From contig CAYOFP010000001.1 of the NCBI GenBank assembly GCA_964403505.1, forward strand, positions 70,548 through 134,547: a DNA stretch of 64,000 bases, given 5' to 3'. The stretch's first letter is position 1; every line of letters begins with the position of its first letter. A model generated the notes under the pieces. The model searched no databases. It was not told the origin of the DNA and saw only the letters and a list, made by a program, of their open reading frames with translations. A program made the position numbers and the translations under genes. This stretch comes from an uncultured Lachnospiraceae bacterium (GTDB lineage Bacteria > Bacillota > Clostridia > Oscillospirales > CAG-272). Below are positions 27,482 to 33,730 of the stretch, piece after piece.

Positions 27482-28048
27482 ATGGCAATCAAAACAACAG
27501 CAGGAAACAGCGTTAAATTCCTCGGACTTTCACAGTCTTTAAGAGAAAGTCTGCTAAAAGCAATTCTCGGAAACAGTTCAGACGGAAAAGTTAGTGTCAA
27601 CACGGCAAAGGCGTGTTATATTGGACTTTCAAGAACGGTGCCTGATGAATCTGCCGGATCTGTATCTGTGAACGAGCCGACAGATGCAAACTACAAAAGA
27701 ATAAAGCTCGGAGAGATGTCTACCGGAACCAATGCCACGTGGAAGAGCGACTTTCTGACGATCACAGGAGCGCAGGCGGTAAACAGCGGTGTTCAGAAGG
27801 AGATCAAATTCAATCGCTCGCTTGCGGCGTGGCCCGGAGCTTATCCGTACTTTTTCCTGTCAAGCTCCGCTACCGGGAATAACGGAATAATGGCATGGGG
27901 CGAGCTGACCGAACCGATTACGGTTGATGCAAAGAACGTCGTGCCGCTCTTTGAGGAAGACAAATTCAGAATTTACTTCCCTACACCGTCCGAAGTTGAG
28001 GGGCTTGTTGACACAGCAGCAGAAGCCGACGAAGAACCGACAACATAA
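27482..28048 (+). CDS. Putative tail-fibre-associated protein
   Basis: 188 aa. The pattern NYKRIKL...IKFNRSLAAWPG...FFLSSSATGNNGIMAWGEL resembles small fibre/collar domains (remote, judged by eye). Confidence 0.4.
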   Translation: MAIKTTAGNSVKFLGLSQSLRESLLKAILGNSSDGKVSVNTAKACYIGLSRTVPDESAGSVSVNEPTDANYKRIKLGEMSTGTNATWKSDFLTITGAQAVNSGVQKEIKFNRSLAAWPGAYPYFFLSSSATGNNGIMAWGELTEPITVDAKNVVPLFEEDKFRIYFPTPSEVEGLVDTAAEADEEPTT

Positions 28049-28067
28049 TAAGTGGAGGTGACGATAT

Positions 28068-28835
28068 ATGCCTCAAACAAAGTATTTCGGTTTTCCTGTA
28101 TGGGGGGATGATCCCCCCGAAGGGGCGATCGGTAAAGATTTAAGAGATGCGATACTCGGAGAAGGTTCAGGCAGCCTTGTACAAATTCTTGACAGCACTC
28201 TTCAGGAGATGTTAGAAGCTATCGAAAACCAAGAGGACGCACGCAATAAAGCGACCTACATTGACGACGGCTTTGAACCAAATATAAATGATGAGAACTA
28301 TCCTACAAATAGAGCTGTATATGATTTTGTGAATCGAAGCGTAAACGCTCACGAGGCGACAGTGCATATTCCGCTCGCAGAATGGGACGGCGATACGGCA
28401 AACAAATTTAATATTTTCGGCATGTATTATAAGATCAGTGACAACGCATCTGTGCCTGAAAATATTCTCTTTGACGTTGCTAAGAAGTCCGGTACCGAAA
28501 CAGCGGATATTCTTATTAAAAACGCTTCACAAGATGGCAAGATGACCGAACTCTCGGAATCTCTCGGAATCACGTTTTATATGTTTGGCAACGAGCCGAT
28601 TATTGTTGTTGCTGAACACGCAGGCGTGCTTCCGGCAGAGCTTATAGAACAGATGATGGGCGAGAATCCCGGCGTGGATATACCGTATGAAGCAGGTACG
28701 TATGTTTACTTTGTGCAGGGAGACGACCTCGCTGTATTATTTATTTCACGTGTCTCTCAGGTGATGTCTGTTAAAGATTATATCGACGGAAAATTGGATG
28801 AATTAAAGTCATTGATTCAAAACAACAGCACTTGA
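28068..28835 (+). CDS. Putative tail fibre protein
   Basis: 255 aa. The N-terminus MPQTKYFGFPVWGDDPPEG resembles the conserved N-termini of Firmicutes phage fibre proteins. C-terminal coiled coil. Confidence 0.4.
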   Translation: MPQTKYFGFPVWGDDPPEGAIGKDLRDAILGEGSGSLVQILDSTLQEMLEAIENQEDARNKATYIDDGFEPNINDENYPTNRAVYDFVNRSVNAHEATVHIPLAEWDGDTANKFNIFGMYYKISDNASVPENILFDVAKKSGTETADILIKNASQDGKMTELSESLGITFYMFGNEPIIVVAEHAGVLPAELIEQMMGENPGVDIPYEAGTYVYFVQGDDLAVLFISRVSQVMSVKDYIDGKLDELKSLIQNNST

Positions 28836-28856
28836 ATTTAGAAAGGATACATAACA

Positions 28857-29114
28857 ATGGAAACAGAAATTATTGTTGCACTAATCACATTGCTCGGCAG
28901 TGCGATAGGAACATTCGCCGGAATTGCGGTCAATTCAAAACTGACAAACTACCGTATCGAACAACTTGAGAAAAAACAGGACAAGCACAATCAGGTGGTC
29001 GAGCGGGTATATCATCTCGAAGAGCGTGTCGCGGTACAAGACGAGGAGATCAAAGTCGCAAATCATCGGATCTCCGATCTTGAAGGCTTGGAAAAACAAA
29101 ACCGTACATCATGA
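28857..29114 (+). CDS. Lysis-cassette membrane protein (N-terminal TM helix plus coiled coil)
   Basis: IIVALITLLGSAIGTFAGIAV forms the TM helix, followed by heptad-like EQLEKKQDKHNQVVERVYHLEERV. It lies just upstream of the holin. Confidence 0.5.
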   Translation: METEIIVALITLLGSAIGTFAGIAVNSKLTNYRIEQLEKKQDKHNQVVERVYHLEERVAVQDEEIKVANHRISDLEGLEKQNRTS

Positions 29115-29185
29115 CTGACAATTTCAAAACACTACAATGTAATCTTAGGGCTTCGACAGCCCTTGAAAATAAGGAGGAATAAAAG

Positions 29186-29383
29186 ATGAAAAACATCAAA
29201 GCATGGATGAAAGCAGCAGGAATCAGAGCAATCAGAACGGTCGCTCAGACGGCGATCGCAACCATCGGAACGAGCGCACTGATCTCCGACGTGAATTGGG
29301 CGGTCGTTGCGTCCGCATCGGTTTTGGCAGGTGGGCTCTCGCTGCTCACGAGCGTTGCCACAAAACTGCCCGAGGTCGAGTGA
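29186..29383 (+). CDS. Holin
   Basis: 65 aa, RBS AAGGAGG. IRTVAQTAIATIGTSALISDVNW...ASVLAGGLSLLTSVA is typical of small two-TM Firmicutes phage holins. It lies immediately before the endolysin. Confidence 0.8.
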   Translation: MKNIKAWMKAAGIRAIRTVAQTAIATIGTSALISDVNWAVVASASVLAGGLSLLTSVATKLPEVE

Positions 29384-29384
29384 T

Positions 29385-30254
29385 ATGCTGCCGATCGTAC
29401 AGAACCTTATCCCGGAGTCGCTTTGGAATCTCAAAGCGACATACGGGATGGTGCCGGAAAAACTGTGTATTCATAACACCGCAAACGATGCGCCGGCAGA
29501 AAACGAGGCGCGCTATGTACACAATAATCCTGCTGCGACCTCGTACCATTTTGCAGTAGACGATGTACAGGCAGTACAGATCATACCGTTCGACCGTAAT
29601 GGATGGCACGCAGGAGATGGATCATACGGTCCGGGAAACCGCAAGAGCGTCGGAATTGAAATATGTTACTCGCTCTCAGGCGGAAAACGATTCGAGAGGG
29701 CGCAGGAAAACGCCGCTGAGCTGTGTGTGCGATTGATGCACGAGTTCGGATGGGGACTTGACCTTAGTCGGATCACAAAGCACGAGGACTATGCGAATAA
29801 GCACTGCCCGCATCGTACACTTGACGATTACGGGTGGGATTATTACCTTGCACTTGTAAAAGAAAAATATGAAGAATTATACCCGGAGGATATACCTATG
29901 ACAACGTCAGAAAAGAAAGCTTTTGATGCGCTCTCAAAAAATGTAGATGCGCTGATTAAGCAAAATGATACGCTACAGAAAAACCTTACAGCATATGCTA
30001 AAGAGAATACACAGCTTAAAAAGGATTTTGAAAATATAAGCAAAAAAATTGTACCATGTATTACAAGTGTAGACTGGGATGCACATATTACGGATGCGAT
30101 GGGAGGAAAAGAGGCTGTCGCAATGCTTGATAAGCTCAGAGCAAACGGTGATTTTGCTGGTAAGGACTCAGCACATTTCGGACTTTCCGAACAGATGGTA
30201 CGCATGATGCTGATCTTCTATCGGATTCTCAATCGACTCGGAATTTATAAATGA
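29385..30254 (+). CDS. Endolysin, N-acetylmuramoyl-L-alanine amidase (Amidase_2/PGRP type)
   Basis: IHNTANDAPAENEARYVHNN...SYHFAVDD...NGWHAGDG...SVGIEICY...HEDYANKHCPHR. The ATG at 29385 is 1 nt after the holin stop. The C-terminal ~110 aa are coiled-coil-like and not a wall-binding module I recognise. Confidence 0.9.
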   Translation: MLPIVQNLIPESLWNLKATYGMVPEKLCIHNTANDAPAENEARYVHNNPAATSYHFAVDDVQAVQIIPFDRNGWHAGDGSYGPGNRKSVGIEICYSLSGGKRFERAQENAAELCVRLMHEFGWGLDLSRITKHEDYANKHCPHRTLDDYGWDYYLALVKEKYEELYPEDIPMTTSEKKAFDALSKNVDALIKQNDTLQKNLTAYAKENTQLKKDFENISKKIVPCITSVDWDAHITDAMGGKEAVAMLDKLRANGDFAGKDSAHFGLSEQMVRMMLIFYRILNRLGIYK

Positions 30255-30331
30255 TTTCACGGTAATCGTAGCTAATCCTCGCATCGAAAAGGAAGTTAGT
30301 ATGGGGGCAGACGACCAATCTCTGACATCAT

Positions 30332-30372
30332 AAAAAATCACACACAGATTTGTACTTCTGTGTGTGATTTTA
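30332..30372. terminator. Bidirectional terminator at the end of the lysis cassette
   Basis: Stem ATCACACACAGA / TCTGTGTGTGAT (12 bp perfect), flanked by A6 and T4. Confidence 0.8.
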
Positions 30373-30381
30373 ATATTCAAA

Positions 30382-31578
30382 TTATTCTTTGGCTTCGCTT
30401 ATGGCCGAGGAATCTTCTGTTGAAATCTCTACACCGTCCGATGTATCGATATTTACATTCACATTTATATCCTTGGCAGGCTCAGAATTATCCGTATCTG
30501 ATTGAGATTCCTCGAAACTCTTGGAATCGCCTTTTTCGGGGCATGTGAATTGCCAATAGATCCCCAATGTCATTATAACGATTAGAACAGTACAGATAAC
30601 AATCGCAACCCACCCCGGAAAATGTTCTTGCCACCATCTGGTTATTGTGGATCCACCATCTTGTTCTCTGTCTGCGCCTTTACCGCTAAGTTTTTCAATA
30701 AATCGAAACATCACATATATCAGGCAGAAAGAAATTAAGCCAACGAGTGCCGCAACGCTTATCAGGCGAAAGAAATTAGCGTCTTTTACGCTTGCAAGAA
30801 TCGAAGACGAGTAAACCCAGCTCCCAACAATCGTAACCATAATTGCCGCAAAAATGCCTAATATTGTGACGCTCATTTCAGAGTTTTTCCGAGTTATCTC
30901 CGCCATTTTAACCTCGACTGCTTTTTTAACCTCGTCCTTTGCTGATTCTTTAATATTTTCTTGTGAGTCTTTCAAAGCATTCTCAACTACTTCATTTGCT
31001 TTTCTCTCGGCTACTTCATTTGCTTTTCTCTCGGCTACTTCATTTGCTTTTCTCTCGGCTACTTCATCTGTCTTTCTCTCAGCTGCTTCTTCTAATCTCT
31101 GTACGATTGAATTCGATGCTCTTTCAGAATGAATGTCATAAAAACGTTTAAAAATATCATGATGTTCAATGATGTCTCCAATATACACAAGAACAATTTT
31201 GAGAACTCGAGGTAAATTATTGTTAGAATGATTTTCCTTATAATACTTTTCACATTTATCGCAAAAGGATAAATAAGCGCCGCCGCTAGTAAATTCAAAT
31301 GGCTGCGGAATATATGGCTGAGATATAGATATATTCTGATAAAAATTTTTAATATAAATACCTACCGAATCCTGAATAAATGTTCTGACATGAAATTCCA
31401 TTTCATTTTCATCTGAATTCAATATCTCAATATCATCCGAGGTTAAATTATCCATCCATTTTTTTGCGTCTATGATTGATGTATCCAAAGAATCTTTTGA
31501 CGTAAATATAATTTCACAAAAAGCAGTAACTATTTGCTTAAGTTGTTCATAATTCTGTGCTTTTCCATTGTCCCTCAT
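30382..31578 (-). CDS. Membrane protein: N-terminal soluble domain, coiled coil with AERKANEV repeats, three TM helices, acidic tail. Candidate toxin/effector.
   Basis: 398 aa. The three TM helices are VTILGIFAAIMVTIVGSWVY, FFRLISVAALVGLISFCLIYVMF and GWVAIVICTVLIVIMTLGIYWQF. The gene is AT-rich. It lies 33 nt downstream of the 241-aa gene. Confidence 0.6.
   Translation of the reverse strand: MRDNGKAQNYEQLKQIVTAFCEIIFTSKDSLDTSIIDAKKWMDNLTSDDIEILNSDENEMEFHVRTFIQDSVGIYIKNFYQNISISQPYIPQPFEFTSGGAYLSFCDKCEKYYKENHSNNNLPRVLKIVLVYIGDIIEHHDIFKRFYDIHSERASNSIVQRLEEAAERKTDEVAERKANEVAERKANEVAERKANEVVENALKDSQENIKESAKDEVKKAVEVKMAEITRKNSEMSVTILGIFAAIMVTIVGSWVYSSSILASVKDANFFRLISVAALVGLISFCLIYVMFRFIEKLSGKGADREQDGGSTITRWWQEHFPGWVAIVICTVLIVIMTLGIYWQFTCPEKGDSKSFEESQSDTDNSEPAKDINVNVNIDTSDGVEISTEDSSAISEAKE
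30987..31082 (-). repeat. In-frame 24-bp tandem repeat (3 perfect units plus 1 degenerate)
   Basis: CTACTTCATTTGCTTTTCTCTCGG occurs three times (30987-31058), followed by CTACTTCATCTGTCTTTCTCTCAG. It encodes AERKTDEV followed by (AERKANEV)x3. Confidence 0.95.
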
Positions 31579-31611
31579 ATTTATTGCCTCTCCTTAAAAT
31601 GCATTCCTTTT

Positions 31612-32337
31612 TTAATAGTTCCGCAAAAAGTCTATTACACGTCGATATTTCTCATCAACTGAATCAAAGAGACTTTTATCCAACTTCTGTATTTTAGCAA
31701 GATCGATTATGTTCTCCAAAGTTGTTACCCCTGGCGCTTCCGCAATGGGGTTAAGACATTCTCCGAGATACGATGGTAAATAGGCACCGAATAATTGAAA
31801 CACTTGATCAATTATACCTCTTGTTTCATCACTGACGCTAGAAGTATTTTGATATTCCGAGGGAATTTCGCAATCAATAATTGGACTATTAACAATAGCT
31901 TCATTTGTATCCTCATAGCTATACTGTCTATAAATATCAGTAGCCATGAATCGTTCCATAATTTCATATATAGCCATACCGCAATCAGTGTATTTATATA
32001 CATTTTCTTTAAATACCCGCTTATTCTGACGTGCATATACTAAAGCAACGATAGATAACAGTTTCCCCACTTTAGTTCTCGTGCAAGAATATCGTTGCCC
32101 TGTTTTGTAAAACCATTGAATAAGATAATTTGTTGCTTCCTCTAAATTTGCATTTAGTTCTTCCATAGCTCCGTTACTTTCACAGGCGTAATCCTGCCTG
32201 CAATGCGGAAACTTTGCCGGCTCGGGCTTGTCCGCATTTACCTCCATTAAAATTTTTGAATTCCTTGTTCCGAAAACCGAAAAGCTAATCGTTATTGTTT
32301 TTTCAAAATCGAATACCATTGATGCTCGTTCTTTCAT
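31612..32337 (-). CDS. Panacea/SocA (DUF4065)-like protein; candidate antitoxin
   Basis: ATNYLIQWFYKTGQRYSCTRTKVGKLLSIVALVYARQNKRVFKENVYKYTDCGMAIYEIMERF parallels the DUF4065 pattern (A-x-Y-[IF]-L...T-x-x-K-L-x-KLLY...LF-x-E-x-F-x-A-W-x-x-GP-V-x-x-x-VY-x-x-F). This is a by-eye assignment. Confidence 0.5.
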   Translation of the reverse strand: MKERASMVFDFEKTITISFSVFGTRNSKILMEVNADKPEPAKFPHCRQDYACESNGAMEELNANLEEATNYLIQWFYKTGQRYSCTRTKVGKLLSIVALVYARQNKRVFKENVYKYTDCGMAIYEIMERFMATDIYRQYSYEDTNEAIVNSPIIDCEIPSEYQNTSSVSDETRGIIDQVFQLFGAYLPSYLGECLNPIAEAPGVTTLENIIDLAKIQKLDKSLFDSVDEKYRRVIDFLRNY

Positions 32338-32476
32338 AACATATTTGTTTTCGTCTTAATAGCGTGACATTTAATCGGACGCATAACACGAATAACAATT
32401 AATGCTAACCTAAAAATTCGGCTTAGTCAAGAAAGATATGTCGTATTCTGGTGTACAAGCAACAAAAATACTCTAA

Positions 32477-32529
32477 GAAAAAACAAAACACCCATCTCTA
32501 ACAGAGACAGGGCGCCAAAAGAGATCGGG
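32477..32529 (-). terminator. Candidate terminator/attenuator inside the long leader of the island operon
   Basis: On the minus strand: CCCGATCTCT...AGAGATGGG (9 bp with a 1-nt bulge and a large loop), then TGTTTTGTTTTTTC. Confidence 0.3.
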
Positions 32530-32669
32530 CAAAACGATTTTAATTATGGGTCATTCTTAAAATCTATATGCTTAACCTCGGTAGGAATATTATGACAACA
32601 GCATTCAAAAATGCCGATCCCCTACTGTCTTTGGCGTCGCGTATTAATGTTTTCATTAATGTATCTTAT

Positions 32670-32697
32670 ATTTTATCATATTTTTCCATTTTGTCAA
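32670..32697 (-). promoter_or_regulatory. Sigma-A-type promoter ~330 nt upstream of the 241-aa gene
   Basis: On the minus strand: TTGACA (32692-32697), 16 nt, TAAAAT (32670-32675). Confidence 0.45.
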
Positions 32698-32830
32698 TGT
32701 TTTTTCGATAAATTCGACATTTTTTAAAAAAACAGAGCGTAGTGCTCCGGGCAACAGTAGATTTTGACTACATTTTGACCACACAAACGGCGGATTTTGG
32801 CGGTATTATACGGCAGTACACGGATATGTG

Positions 32831-32888
32831 AAAAAGCAAATAACCCTTGATATCACTGAGAAATTCAGTAATATCAAGGGTTATTTGC
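32831..32888 (-). terminator. Terminator of tRNA-Lys
   Basis: Stem GCAAATAACCCTTGATAT / ATATCAAGGGTTATTTGC (18 bp perfect) starts 1 nt after the tRNA CCA end and is followed by TTTTT on the minus strand. Confidence 0.85.
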
Positions 32889-32889
32889 T

Positions 32890-32965
32890 TGGTGCTCCTG
32901 TGGAGAATCGAACTCCAGACACCTTGATTAAAAGTCAAGTGCTCTACCGGCTGAGCTACAGGGGC
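32890..32965 (-). tRNA. tRNA-Lys (anticodon UUU)
   Basis: 76-nt cloverleaf read by hand: acceptor GCCCCTG/CAGGAGC (one C3:A70 mismatch), D arm GCTC-AGCCGGTA-GAGC, anticodon arm CTTGA-CTTTTAA-TCAAG, T arm TGGAG-TTCGATT-CTCCA, and an encoded CCA end. Confidence 0.9.
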
Positions 32966-32981
32966 GTTTCATGACCAGATA

Positions 32982-33010
32982 ATAATACCACAATGAGATA
33001 TTTTTGTCAA
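32982..33010 (-). promoter_or_regulatory. Sigma-A promoter of tRNA-Lys
   Basis: On the minus strand: TTGACA (33005-33010), 17 nt, TATTAT (32982-32987). It lies ~16 nt upstream of the tRNA 5' end. Confidence 0.65.
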
Positions 33011-33029
33011 TAGTTTTTTCTCTCTAAAT

Positions 33030-33079
33030 CAAAAAATAATAAATTGCAATATAAGAGGCGTTGGCAACACCTCTTATAT
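33030..33079 (-). terminator. Terminator after the acetyltransferase gene (end of the ctsR-clpC transcription unit)
   Basis: Stem ATATAAGAGG / CCTCTTATAT (10 bp), then a T-rich tract on the minus strand. Confidence 0.6.
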
Positions 33080-33110
33080 CATCATAATACAGAACATCGT
33101 GACGCCGTTT

Positions 33111-33665
33111 TTATTCATTTTCCTTTTTGCGGTATTTTTTCACCTGCGCAGGAACCCCTACTGCGATCGCATCACTTGGTATTTCTCCTTTGACAAGACT
33201 TGCAGCGCCTATAACAGCTCCGTCATGAATCACCGAGCCTTTCAGTATCTTGCATCCGGCAGCGATCCAGACATCTTCTCCTATTTCGATCGGAGAAACC
33301 GTGTTTTTTTGATTTCTGATTAATTCTCCAGCCTTGATCCCATGATCCATGTCGATAATATATGACTGAGCAGCTATCATTGTATTATCTCCGATTTTTA
33401 CTCCACCCGATTTTGAAGCATAAATCACCGTACCGTTTCCAATGTTAACATTATCTCCGATTTCTATCGGTCCGTCGCCAAACAGCATTACATCCGGATA
33501 AAGCGCTACATGATGCCCGAGTTTGACATTTCGATTTATGAGAGTCACGTTTCCGACAAGAGAAAAATCCGAATGACTGCATCCTATTTGTTTGCGAAAA
33601 ACATACTTTTTATACTTCAATTTCAGTTTTCTGATCGCCCGGTCAAATAATAAGACAATATTCAT
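33111..33665 (-). CDS. Hexapeptide-repeat (left-handed beta-helix) acyl/acetyltransferase
   Basis: Repeating [LIV]G-x-x-x-x units (IGDNVNIGNGTVI, IGDNTMIAAQSYI, IGEDVWIAAGCKI, VIHDGAVIGAASLV). The ATG at 33665 follows GGAGGAAAC. Confidence 0.8.
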   Translation of the reverse strand: MNIVLLFDRAIRKLKLKYKKYVFRKQIGCSHSDFSLVGNVTLINRNVKLGHHVALYPDVMLFGDGPIEIGDNVNIGNGTVIYASKSGGVKIGDNTMIAAQSYIIDMDHGIKAGELIRNQKNTVSPIEIGEDVWIAAGCKILKGSVIHDGAVIGAASLVKGEIPSDAIAVGVPAQVKKYRKKENE

Positions 33666-33730
33666 TTTGTTTCCTCCGATTTTTTTATATCTTCCTGCGA
33701 AGTGTTTTGAAAAAACACTCCGCATTGAAT

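Larger units (their letters stand above)
1..30372. mobile_element. Prophage: modification, packaging, virion and lysis modules. The left end is outside the window; the right boundary lies between the lysis terminator (~30372) and tRNA-Lys (32890).
   Basis: Uninterrupted + strand series of terminase small and large subunits, portal, Prp-like protease, scaffold, capsid, fibre-like proteins, holin and amidase. It is followed by an AT-rich island and then host core genes on the - strand. Confidence 0.9.

Noticed and set aside
30987-31082. The 24-bp direct repeats could be a CRISPR array or minisatellite.
   Set aside because: The units are contiguous with no spacers, lie in frame inside a long ORF, and encode a coiled-coil repeat.
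32700-32890. The tRNA-Lys 3' flank could be the prophage attachment site. Short direct repeats are present: ATTTTGAC twice and GGCGG twice.
   Set aside because: No integrase lies next to the tRNA. The tRNA is followed immediately by its own perfect terminator. The other prophage end is outside the window, so no att duplication can be demonstrated.
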